Below are positions 25,452 through 34,451 of a stretch of DNA of 64,000 nt, one piece after another. The number at the start of each line of letters is the position of its first letter. Positions within the stretch are counted from its first letter, which is position 1. The DNA is from Lachnospiraceae bacterium (GTDB lineage Bacteria > Bacillota > Clostridia > Lachnospirales > Lachnospiraceae), in assembly GCA_045600725.1 (NCBI GenBank), contig JAZRYK010000027.1, positions 427 to 64,426 on the forward strand. The letters are read 5' to 3'. The notes below the pieces were generated by a model that ran no database searches, was not told the DNA's origin, and was given only the letters and a program-made list of their open reading frames with translations. The position numbers and the translations under genes were made by a program.

Positions 25452-26549
25452 ATGCCGGGAGGAATGATATTAATTGTTGATGATATGCCCATAAATCGTG
25501 AAATACTTATGGATATTCTGGAAGGAGAGTATGACACGGCTGAGGTCGAAAACGGTAAGAAGGCAATAGAATTCATAGATGCACATCATGACGAATTAAG
25601 CGCCGTTCTTCTGGATCTTATGATGCCTGAAGTTGATGGCTACACTGTTTTGGAGTATATCAATTCAAAAAACTATTTAAAGCATTTTCCGGTGCTTATT
25701 ATTACAGGTGAGGAGTCGCTTAAAACCGAGAAGCGATGCTTTGATCTCGGAGTATCGGATTTCATCAGAAAGCCATTTGATAACAAGCTTGTTCTGAAAC
25801 GTGTTAAGAATGTTACGGAACTTTGTTCGTACAAAAATCAGCTTGAGGAGAGGGTTGAAGCACAGACAGAAAAGCTTCGGTCACAGTATAAGCTTCTTGA
25901 GAAGCAGGCAGCAGAGCTGAAGAAGAACAATACAAATATTATTGATATAGTCGGTAGTATTGTAGAGTGTCGTGATTTGGAAAGCGGAGAGCATATTCAG
26001 CGAGTAAAGGGATATACAAATATTCTTGCCAAGGAAGTTATGAAACGCTATCCCGAGTACGAACTTGATGAGAAGAAAATTGAAGTGATTGTGCTGGCAA
26101 GTGCGCTTCATGATGTCGGAAAAATCGCAATTCCGGATAATATTCTTCTTAAGCCGGGGCGACTTACCAAGGACGAATTTGAACTTATGAAAACTCATAC
26201 CACAAAGGGTGATGATATGTTAAAAACCATAAGCGGTGTATGGGATGAAGAATACGGCCAGTACAGTATGGAAATCTGTCGTCATCACCATGAAAGATAT
26301 GACGGAATGGGCTACCCGGATGGGCTTAAAGGAGATGAAATTCCGATTTCTGCGCAGCTTGTTTCCATTGCGGATGTTTATGATGCCCTTGTCAATGTAA
26401 GATGTTATAAGGACGCATATTCGCACGAACAGGCTTTCAATATGATTGTTGGCGGTGAATGCGGAACATTTTCGCCGAAACTTCTTGAGATTTTTGAGGA
26501 TAAACGCGCTGAGTTTGAAACTCTTGCGGATAGTATGAAAGAAAAATAG
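25452..26549 (+). CDS. response regulator with HD-GYP output (c-di-GMP phosphodiesterase)
   Basis: REC motifs are ILIVDDMPINREIL and VLLDLMMPEVDG. A coiled-coil linker follows. The HD-GYP motifs are ALHDVGKIAIPD and HHERYDGMGYP. Confidence 0.9.
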   Translation: MPGGMILIVDDMPINREILMDILEGEYDTAEVENGKKAIEFIDAHHDELSAVLLDLMMPEVDGYTVLEYINSKNYLKHFPVLIITGEESLKTEKRCFDLGVSDFIRKPFDNKLVLKRVKNVTELCSYKNQLEERVEAQTEKLRSQYKLLEKQAAELKKNNTNIIDIVGSIVECRDLESGEHIQRVKGYTNILAKEVMKRYPEYELDEKKIEVIVLASALHDVGKIAIPDNILLKPGRLTKDEFELMKTHTTKGDDMLKTISGVWDEEYGQYSMEICRHHHERYDGMGYPDGLKGDEIPISAQLVSIADVYDALVNVRCYKDAYSHEQAFNMIVGGECGTFSPKLLEIFEDKRAEFETLADSMKEK

Positions 26550-26561
26550 AAGAGTTTAAAA

Positions 26562-26598
26562 GACCCCCTGTGCTTATGGCAAAGGGGGCCTTATTTTT
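26562..26598. terminator. bidirectional terminator between convergent HD-GYP and glmM-operon genes
   Basis: Hairpin CCCCCTgTGC-TTATG-GCAaAGGGGG, with TTATTTTT on the + side and TTTTAAA on the - side. Confidence 0.6.
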
Positions 26599-27263
26599 CA
26601 ATAGTCTTTTTGTGTAATACCGCGGTCTCCCTTGTAAATTGAGTTTTCGGGGATTACTCCTCTGACACATGATGTGGGATAAACATTTGAATCGCGACCT
26701 ATGATTGTTCCGGGATTTAAAACGCTGTTACAGCCAACTTCTACACGGTCACCGAGCATTGCTCCAACCTTTTTTCTTCCTGTTTCAATGTTTTCACCTT
26801 CATTTTTGATAACTACAGGGAGTTTATCACTTTTGACATTGCTGGTGATGGAACCGGCACCCATATGAGATTTGTAGCCAAGAATTGAGTCTCCCACATA
26901 ATTGTAGTGAGGCACCTGCACATTATCAAAGAGAATGACATTTTTCAACTCGGTGGAATTTCCCACTACACAATTATCGCCTACCAATGCGCTGCCTCTG
27001 ATGAAGGCACATTGTCTTACCTCGGTTTTGTGACCGATAATGCAGGGGGCGCCGATGTAAGCTGTGGGAAAAACAACGGCATCCTTGGCAATCCATACAT
27101 TTTCGGAAGGATTGTCATATTCGTCTGAAGAAAGAGTTTTGCCGATTTCAACAATTAAATCGGATATTTCGGAAAGAGCCTCCCAGGGGTATGTGAAATT
27201 GCTGAGATAATCCGAAGCTTTTGTATGACTGAGATCGTATAAATCGTTTATGGTAAGTTTCAT
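26598..27263 (-). CDS. left-handed beta-helix (hexapeptide-repeat) transferase, GlmU C-terminal-domain-like
   Basis: Hexapeptide repeats run through residues ~70-210 (IGHKTEVRQCAFIRGSALVGDNCVVGNSTELKNVILFDNVQV...). There is no nucleotidyltransferase domain. It lies 12 nt downstream of glmM on the same strand. Confidence 0.7.
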   Translation of the reverse strand: MKLTINDLYDLSHTKASDYLSNFTYPWEALSEISDLIVEIGKTLSSDEYDNPSENVWIAKDAVVFPTAYIGAPCIIGHKTEVRQCAFIRGSALVGDNCVVGNSTELKNVILFDNVQVPHYNYVGDSILGYKSHMGAGSITSNVKSDKLPVVIKNEGENIETGRKKVGAMLGDRVEVGCNSVLNPGTIIGRDSNVYPTSCVRGVIPENSIYKGDRGITQKDY

Positions 27264-27275
27264 GCTGTATCCTTT

Positions 27276-28628
27276 CTAACGAACCTTTAAAAGATGACCG
27301 GATTTCTTCATTGCATTAATCATGGAATCAACGGCTGCGCTTGCGGCTTCCATAGTTTCGGCCTCGGCCATAACCCGCAAAATCGGTTCGGTTCCGCTTT
27401 TTCTTAAAAGTACACGTCCTGTCATGCCTAGCGTTTCGGTACAATTTTCAACAGATTTTTTAACTGCCGCATCTTCAAGGGTACCTTCTTTGTCGTCAAC
27501 TTCAACATTTTTAAGTACCTGAGGATACATAGTAACCTCGTTTGCGAGAGAGGAAAGAGTGCGTCCTGTTTCAAGCATTACCTCGGTAAGCATAATAGCT
27601 GTTACGAGACCGTCACCGGTACGGGCATAATCTTTGAAAATGACATGCCCCGACTGTTCGCCTCCAAGACAGTGATCGTTTGCTTTCATATTTTCATATA
27701 CATATCTGTCGCCGACAGCAGTTTTTTCATAACTGATGCCTGCTTCATCGAAGGCTTTGTAAAGACCGAAGTTTGACATAATGGTCGTTACGACGGTGTT
27801 GTTTTTAAGGCGGCCCTTGTCTTTTAAGTATTTGCCGCATATATACATGATTTTGTCACCGTTAACTTCCTCACCGTTTTCGTCAACGGCAAGAAATCTG
27901 TCTGCGTCGCCGTCGAATGCAAAGCCTGCGGGAAGATTGTTATCAACAACATATTTGCAAAGGTTATCAAGATGTGTTGAACCTACACCGGCGTTGATGT
28001 TTACTCCGTCGGGTGTATTTCCGATGACGGAAATATCGGCACCCAATGCCTTGAACACTTCGGGACCGATTTTGGATGCGCTGCCGTTTGCACAATCAAG
28101 GGCAACCTTAAAACCGGCATATGACTTGGTGGCGATTCCTTTTAAATATTCTGTGTATTTTGTTATTCCTTCATTATATTCGACTGCAATACCGAGAGAG
28201 GCTTCCGAAGCAAAGGGAAGCTCGGATATTTCTCCGTCGATGTATTTTTCAATTTCATTCTGAACGTCATCTTCCATTTTCTCGCCTGCGGCGTTAATCA
28301 GTTTGATACCATTGTCAAAAAATGGATTGTGGCTGGCAGAAATCATAATTCCGCAGTCAAAACCCTCAGTGCGTGTTAAGTAGCTGACACAAGGTGTTGT
28401 GGTTACATGAAGAAGAAAAACATCTCCGCCCGATGCGGTGATTCCGGCTGTGAGAGCAGCCTCAAACATCTGTGACGAACGTCTTGTGTCCATTCCGATG
28501 ACAATACGTGCCGCCTTTTCCTTACTGTAGAAATTGCCGAGAAACCGGCCTGTTTTGTATGCATGGTCAGCTGTAAGAACAACTCCTGCCTTACCCCTGA
28601 AACCATCTGTGCCAAAATATTTACCCAT
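27276..28628 (-). CDS. glmM: phosphoglucosamine mutase
   Basis: The N-terminus is GKYFGTDGFRG. The phosphoserine loop is ISASHNPFFDNGIK and the metal loop is FDGDADR. The sugar loop is GGEQSGH. Confidence 0.93.
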   Translation of the reverse strand: MGKYFGTDGFRGKAGVVLTADHAYKTGRFLGNFYSKEKAARIVIGMDTRRSSQMFEAALTAGITASGGDVFLLHVTTTPCVSYLTRTEGFDCGIMISASHNPFFDNGIKLINAAGEKMEDDVQNEIEKYIDGEISELPFASEASLGIAVEYNEGITKYTEYLKGIATKSYAGFKVALDCANGSASKIGPEVFKALGADISVIGNTPDGVNINAGVGSTHLDNLCKYVVDNNLPAGFAFDGDADRFLAVDENGEEVNGDKIMYICGKYLKDKGRLKNNTVVTTIMSNFGLYKAFDEAGISYEKTAVGDRYVYENMKANDHCLGGEQSGHVIFKDYARTGDGLVTAIMLTEVMLETGRTLSSLANEVTMYPQVLKNVEVDDKEGTLEDAAVKKSVENCTETLGMTGRVLLRKSGTEPILRVMAEAETMEAASAAVDSMINAMKKSGHLLKVR

Positions 28629-28768
28629 AAATAAGTCCTTTCGAATTCCACATTATGGAACAATTATATATCATTTTCTTAATATATACAAAATATAGTG
28701 GAAATTTAAAAAAAGTGTGTTAAAATAACTTTTGCGTTTAATTATATATATGTTAGAGGAGATTTATT

Positions 28769-29935
28769 ATGAAAAAGCGTTTTGCAGTGCTTGCGATTAT
28801 GGCTGTTACTGCTCTTACACTTGCAGCGTGCGGTGGAGAGGATGCTCCTGTAAGCGTTAGCTCAATTTCAATTTCAGAGGATCCTGTTTCGGTGCCCACA
28901 GTTTCTGTTTCTGAGGAAGAGCCCGAAACTTCTGTTGAGGAAGAGGTTGTAGAGGAGCCAGTTCCCGACGGAATGTACAGAAGTGAACTTACAAATGAAT
29001 TTACTTCTTTGGAACTTCAGGATCAGCGTCCTATCGCAGTAATGGTTGATAATGAAACAAAAGCATATCCTCATATCGGACTTAACAATGCCGATGTTGT
29101 ATATGAAATGATGAATTCAACCGCAAACGGACGTATCACACGTCTTATGTGTCTTGTAAAGGATTGGAAGAATCTTGAACAGTTTGGTTCCGTTCGTTCC
29201 ACACGTCCTACAAACGTTATGCTTGCTGCAGAGTGGAATGCAATTCTTGTTCATGACGGTGGCCCTTACTACATTAACCAGTACCTTGACACAGATTGGG
29301 GTAAGGAACATTTAAGCGGCGGTTTTGCTCGTTTCTCAAATGGTAAGAACTGGGAATATTCCGAATATGTTACTTCAGAGAAGTACTACAACTCAGAGAG
29401 AGATGAGTCATATGCAGGTCTCATTTCAAGAATTAACAGTGCAGGATACTCAGAGACATACAACAGTTACTATCAGGGACCTCATTTCACTTTCACAAAT
29501 ATTGAAAAAGATTTGTCCGATCGTGCTGATGCAATTAAGGTTGATGAGCTTATTCTTCCTTTCCCTCACAACAATTCAAAACTTGTTTACAATGCAGAAA
29601 CAAAGACTTACGATTACTACTGCTACGGTGAAGCACACATCGATCCTCTTGACGGCAACAAGGTATTAAGCTTCAAGAACCTTATCGTATATCCCGTAAG
29701 CTTTACAGAACTTGACGAGCACGGTTACATGATTTACAACGTAATCGGTTCAGGCGCTCAGGGTGCATACTTCACAAACGGTTATGCAGTTGCAATGCAC
29801 TGGTCAAAGGCAAGTGAAAATGCTCAGACTAAGTACTATGATTCTACAATGGGTGAGGAAATCACATTGAATACCGGTAAAACATACATTGCTCTTGTTC
29901 CCGAAGATGTATGGAGTGAGATTATTTTCAACTAA
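28769..29935 (+). CDS. DUF3048-family lipoprotein (YerB-like)
   Basis: The lipobox is LTLAAC-GG. An acidic linker follows, then PIAVMVDNETKAYPHIGLNNADVVYEMM...GRITRLMCL, which is typical of DUF3048. Confidence 0.75.
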   Translation: MKKRFAVLAIMAVTALTLAACGGEDAPVSVSSISISEDPVSVPTVSVSEEEPETSVEEEVVEEPVPDGMYRSELTNEFTSLELQDQRPIAVMVDNETKAYPHIGLNNADVVYEMMNSTANGRITRLMCLVKDWKNLEQFGSVRSTRPTNVMLAAEWNAILVHDGGPYYINQYLDTDWGKEHLSGGFARFSNGKNWEYSEYVTSEKYYNSERDESYAGLISRINSAGYSETYNSYYQGPHFTFTNIEKDLSDRADAIKVDELILPFPHNNSKLVYNAETKTYDYYCYGEAHIDPLDGNKVLSFKNLIVYPVSFTELDEHGYMIYNVIGSGAQGAYFTNGYAVAMHWSKASENAQTKYYDSTMGEEITLNTGKTYIALVPEDVWSEIIFN

Positions 29936-29975
29936 AAAGAAATTCGGATATGTGAAAACATACTCCGATGACATT

Positions 29976-30017
29976 GAAGAACCTGGATTCGTAAGAGTCC
30001 AAGGTTCTTCTTTTTTT
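29976..30017 (+). terminator. intrinsic terminator after the DUF3048 gene
   Basis: Stem GAAGAACCTGG / CCAAGGTTCTTC, followed by TTTTTTT. Confidence 0.6.
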
Positions 30018-30065
30018 GATTGGATTATGGTAGAATATTTTTATCTTTGTGAAAGGGAGAATAAT

Positions 30066-31196
30066 ATGAATTATTATGCTATAAACGAAATTCCTGTGAA
30101 GGTTCACGGAAGAACAACCGTAGGGGCAAATCCGTTGCCTCTTTTCTGGAATCATTCAGGTGTCGAAGTAAATGTGACCGGTTCCGAGTTATGGATTGAC
30201 TTGTCGGTAGACTGTGATTTTCACGAGCCCTGGATTGCCACCGAACTAAACGGTGCAATGATGAGCCGCCAGATGCTTCTGCCCGGCGATTACTCAATTT
30301 GCCTTTTCAGAAGCATGACTCCCGGCGTGGTAAAAAACTTTAAATTTTACAGAGAGCTTCAGGCAATGAGTGAGGACAACAGATGTCACATTCTTGTAAA
30401 AGGCTTCAAGACAGACGGAGAGTTTCTTCCTGTAGAAGATAAAAAACTTAAATTGGAATTTATCGGTGATTCGATTACATCAGGCGAGGGAACATACGGT
30501 GCAAATGCCGATACGGACTGGCTTGCAATGTATATGAGCTCAAGCCGCCACTATGCATCGATTATCGAAAAGGCACTTGATGCCGAGGCTCGTATCATTT
30601 CTCAGGGCGGATGGGGTGTATTCTGCGGATGGGACAATGATGTTCGCCACAATATTCCTTCAATTTATGAACCTGTATGCGGTTTGGCTGACGGTGAGTT
30701 TAATGAAAAACTCGGTTCAAAACAACCTTATGATTTCTCTTCATGGGTACCGGATGCCATTATTGTTAATCTCGGAACGAATGACGCAACTGCATTCGAA
30801 CAGCCTCCTCTTGACATTCCCGGTATGGGAACCTTCAAGCAGAGGAAAAACGAGGACGGAACATACAATAAAGAGGACCTTGAAAAATTTGAATCTGCAC
30901 TTATCAATTTCCTTAAGATGCTTAGAAAGAATAACCCTACCTCACATATTGTATGGGTTTACGGTATGCTTGGTTACAATCTTTCACTCACGATTGCTGA
31001 TGCGGTGAACAGATATCGTGTCGAAACCGGTGATTTTAACAATAACTTTATTAACCTTCCGAACACAACACCCGAGACATTCGGATCACATATGCATCCC
31101 GGATATGCCTCACATGTACGTGCGGGAAAGGTGCTTTGCGAATATCTCGCTTCATATTTCAATATTCCCATAAAGGAAGCAATAGGTAATCTTTGA
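30066..31196 (+). CDS. SGNH/GDSL esterase, carbohydrate-esterase-family-2-like, no signal peptide
   Basis: The N-terminal beta-sandwich shows VHGRTT...LPLFWNHSGVEVNVTGSELWIDL. SGNH block I is EFIGDSITSGEG and block III is IVNLGTNDA. A C-terminal His context is HPGYASH. ATG 30066 has a GGGAGA RBS. Confidence 0.72.
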   Translation: MNYYAINEIPVKVHGRTTVGANPLPLFWNHSGVEVNVTGSELWIDLSVDCDFHEPWIATELNGAMMSRQMLLPGDYSICLFRSMTPGVVKNFKFYRELQAMSEDNRCHILVKGFKTDGEFLPVEDKKLKLEFIGDSITSGEGTYGANADTDWLAMYMSSSRHYASIIEKALDAEARIISQGGWGVFCGWDNDVRHNIPSIYEPVCGLADGEFNEKLGSKQPYDFSSWVPDAIIVNLGTNDATAFEQPPLDIPGMGTFKQRKNEDGTYNKEDLEKFESALINFLKMLRKNNPTSHIVWVYGMLGYNLSLTIADAVNRYRVETGDFNNNFINLPNTTPETFGSHMHPGYASHVRAGKVLCEYLASYFNIPIKEAIGNL

Positions 31197-32929
31197 TGGA
31201 CCGTGAAGAAAGAGCAGGAAGAATAATAACATACACATTCAGTGCCGTGCTGGCAGCAGCTTTGGCACTGCTTGTCGTGCTTAAAACAGGAATAGTATTC
31301 GAAACAAATGACGATGCAACCCTCAGAAACATTGCTTCCGGTGCCTTTACAGGAAATCCTGACGCACATCTTATCTATATAATGTATCCGTTGGGACTAA
31401 TCCTAAAGGGCCTGTATACAATCGCGGGAAATGTAAACTGGTACGACTATGTGATGTCGGGACTTCATTTTGTATGTCTTTTTCTTATTCTTTCGAGGCT
31501 TGGAAATATTGTAAAAAACAATATTAACCGAATAGTGACCGTTTTCGGCGCGTTTCTGTTTTTGGTTGCAATCGAACTGAAATTCCTCGCAATTCATCAA
31601 TACACGGAACTGGCAGGCATTTTAGCCGCGACTGCGCTGTTGTTTATCGGTACATACAATTATAAAAAGAAATCCAAAAGTGATATTGTTCTTGTAATTG
31701 TTCTTTTACTGATTAGCCTGTGGCTGAGAAAACAGGTATTTTTCTTATGCGCCCCGTTTGCCGTTCTTCTTATAGTGCTGAGTATTTTCGAAACAAATGA
31801 TACAATGGATGACCGTTTCGAAAGGTTTAAAAGACTTCTGGTCCCGGTAGGTGTAACGGTTATTCTTACTGCAAGCAGTTTTATTGCTGAAACGATTGCA
31901 TATTCATCACCTGAGTGGAAAGCGTTTAAAAAATATAACGAAGCAAGAACAACGGTATACGATTACAATATGCTGGCAGATTATGATCCAAATCAGTCAT
32001 TTTATGAGGGAATCGGTATTTCCCGGGAAGAGTATACGGTGCTTCGCGAATACGGCCTTATTCTGATGGATGACTGCAATGCAGATACATTGACGCTTAT
32101 ATCAAAGCAGGCAAAGGAAAATGCGAGGGAATGGGCACAATATTACAGTGTTCCGAGGAAAATACTTAATGATACGTCGGAAGCGTTTTTAAGTCTCACA
32201 TCATATCCCGTTGTTTTGGCGTGTCTGATATTATTCGTGGCTTTGATGATAGCATGCTTTTTATTTGATAATCGTTTGTCTGCACTTGTTGTTCTGGCAA
32301 GTGCGGTGTACACATATGTGTTTGTTGCACTTTTTACATACAAAGAACGACTGCCGGAACGGGTTTTTCACGGTTTCTTCTTAATGGAAATATTGTTCCT
32401 GACTGCAGTTTTGACTCGTATGATTGTCAATCGAAAGACAAGACATATTCCCTCGGCTTTTTGGGAAATAATGTTTGGAATATGCTGGGTGTCGGTCATG
32501 GGTATAATGTGCCTGTTTGCGTACAGACAAACCGCTGATAGAGCGGAGGAAAAACTTGTTGCGACCGAACGCTGGATTGAATTGAATAAATTTTTTAAGG
32601 AAAATCAGGACAATATTTATATAACAAACAATTCGGTATTTGCTGCGGCAGGTGATGTGGTATTTGCAGAAGGAACAACGGACTCATTTAATGTAGTTAC
32701 AGGGAACTGGACTTTGGGAGGACCGCTTTTTGAAGAAAGAAATTCGAGGCTTTTCAATATGTCTGTACACGATGCACTGACTGAAAATGAAAGGGTGTAC
32801 TATGTTCAGCTTGCAGGCAAAGATACGCAGTGGCTTGAATCGTACTTCGGAAGTGCCGAAGTAGCGGAGACGGTTACTGTTTCCGACGGAACGTCCTATG
32901 ATATTATTTCGCTTTACTTGGAGAAGTAG
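31196..32929 (+). CDS. polytopic membrane protein (about 10 TM) with soluble C-terminal domain, function unknown
   Basis: ATG 31196 overlaps the esterase stop (TGATG). There are many hydrophobic helices and a ~130-aa non-hydrophobic C-terminus. No family was recognised. Confidence 0.6.
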   Translation: MDREERAGRIITYTFSAVLAAALALLVVLKTGIVFETNDDATLRNIASGAFTGNPDAHLIYIMYPLGLILKGLYTIAGNVNWYDYVMSGLHFVCLFLILSRLGNIVKNNINRIVTVFGAFLFLVAIELKFLAIHQYTELAGILAATALLFIGTYNYKKKSKSDIVLVIVLLLISLWLRKQVFFLCAPFAVLLIVLSIFETNDTMDDRFERFKRLLVPVGVTVILTASSFIAETIAYSSPEWKAFKKYNEARTTVYDYNMLADYDPNQSFYEGIGISREEYTVLREYGLILMDDCNADTLTLISKQAKENAREWAQYYSVPRKILNDTSEAFLSLTSYPVVLACLILFVALMIACFLFDNRLSALVVLASAVYTYVFVALFTYKERLPERVFHGFFLMEILFLTAVLTRMIVNRKTRHIPSAFWEIMFGICWVSVMGIMCLFAYRQTADRAEEKLVATERWIELNKFFKENQDNIYITNNSVFAAAGDVVFAEGTTDSFNVVTGNWTLGGPLFEERNSRLFNMSVHDALTENERVYYVQLAGKDTQWLESYFGSAEVAETVTVSDGTSYDIISLYLEK

Positions 32930-32987
32930 TTTCTGAAATGGGAGTTGTGAGTTATTACAGGGATTTATTTGGAGGGGAGAGAAAACT

Positions 32988-34451
32988 ATGTATGAATGTC
33001 CGAATTGCGGCGCGAATATAAAATTCGACATAAAGCTTCAAAAAATGCTTTGTGCATTCTGCGATTCAACTTTTGATCCGTTTCAGGTTACGGAAGCACA
33101 TGAAGTGGAAGAGCAAAATATGATGGAGGTTACCGTATATACCTGCTCGCAGTGCGGTGGGGAAATAATCGGTGACGACAATGAGGTTGCGACCTTTTGC
33201 AGCTTTTGCGGAACTTCAACAATCTTAAACAGCAGAATTGAAAAGACGCGAAAGCCGAAAAAAATTCTTCCGTTTAAAATTACAAAAGACGATTGTGCCA
33301 AAGCATATAAGAACCTGGTCAGAAAAGCGGTTTTTGCTCCGGATTATATAAAAGATCCAAAGCGAATTGACAGCTTCAGAGCTATTTATATGCCGTATTG
33401 GCTTTATGACATGGAAAAACACGGAACGGTTTCATATTCTGCGAAGCATACATATCAGAAAGGCGATTACGAGTATACACAGCATTATGCCCTGTCGGCG
33501 GATGTGGATATCCTTTATGAAGGAATCAATTATGATGCCAGTTCAAGCTTTTCGGACAATTTAAGTAATGCTATTGCCCCTTTTGATGCCGAACAGGATG
33601 TGGATTTTACTTCTTCATTTATGAGCGGTTTTTATGCCGATGCAATGGATGTTGATGCCGAAACATATAAAACAGAAGTTTTGGAAGCTACAAGAAGGGA
33701 CGCAGCGGACCGACTCAAAAGAGTAACCCCAAAAAAGAACTATGTAATAGAAGACAACAGTGTTATGAATTCGCTCAAGCTTAAGACAAAAAAGGAAACG
33801 CTTGCAATGTTCCCTGTGTGGTTTATGTCATACAGAACAAAGGACAAGAACGGTGAAGACAGAGTTTTATATTCCGTAATCAATGGTCAGACAGGAAAAG
33901 CAGTTGCGGATCTACCTGTGGATATGAAGAAATACCTGATTGGTTCCCTTATCTTGGCCATTCCGTTTTTCTTTGTATTTAATTTTCTGTTTACTTTTAA
34001 ACCTTTGACAGTGCTTATTATCGCGGCAATTATGATGCTTGTCTGTGGTATTGTGCTTGTCTCTGAGGCTTCTTCAATTGCAAGGCAGGAAATGAAACTT
34101 GATGATAAGGGCGCTATGTTCAGCGCAGGTATCCTCAACAAGGACAGAAGATCCAAAGCGGTTAGGGAGCAGGAAGAACAGAAAAAGTCTCTTGAAAAGA
34201 AAATCAAAGGTGAAATGCAAAAAGGTAATCAAGGTCTTTTCTGGATATGTGTTATCCTGATAGCATGTCTGGCAATATTTAAGCCTGTGCAGGACTTTTG
34301 GTATTACGGTGCAGTAATTCTTTGCGGAATCTGCGACTGCCTGATGACTATATCGATAATGAGTTCGTATAACAGGCGGCTTTCCCGTCCGTTGCCGCAG
34401 TTTAAGAGAAAAGGAGGAGACGACAGTGCGAATATTTCGAGCGATATTTAG
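32988..34451 (+). CDS. double zinc-ribbon membrane protein (487 aa), function unknown
   Basis: The first ribbon is CPNCG...CAFC and the second is CSQCGG...CSFCG. A ~230-aa soluble region follows. Then come two TM helices, a charged loop (KDRRSKAVREQEEQKKSLEKKIKGEMQK) and two more TM helices. A GGAGGGGAGAG RBS is present. Confidence 0.65.
   Translation: MYECPNCGANIKFDIKLQKMLCAFCDSTFDPFQVTEAHEVEEQNMMEVTVYTCSQCGGEIIGDDNEVATFCSFCGTSTILNSRIEKTRKPKKILPFKITKDDCAKAYKNLVRKAVFAPDYIKDPKRIDSFRAIYMPYWLYDMEKHGTVSYSAKHTYQKGDYEYTQHYALSADVDILYEGINYDASSSFSDNLSNAIAPFDAEQDVDFTSSFMSGFYADAMDVDAETYKTEVLEATRRDAADRLKRVTPKKNYVIEDNSVMNSLKLKTKKETLAMFPVWFMSYRTKDKNGEDRVLYSVINGQTGKAVADLPVDMKKYLIGSLILAIPFFFVFNFLFTFKPLTVLIIAAIMMLVCGIVLVSEASSIARQEMKLDDKGAMFSAGILNKDRRSKAVREQEEQKKSLEKKIKGEMQKGNQGLFWICVILIACLAIFKPVQDFWYYGAVILCGICDCLMTISIMSSYNRRLSRPLPQFKRKGGDDSANISSDI

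Noticed and set aside
29889-30065. ORF-track N-terminal extension of the esterase gene. Similar extensions occur at 58296-58394, 22741-22767, 25026-25076 and 36026-36049.
   Set aside because: The extensions overlap the upstream gene or cross its terminator and lack an RBS. In every case an internal ATG with a good Shine-Dalgarno gives a sensible N-terminus.
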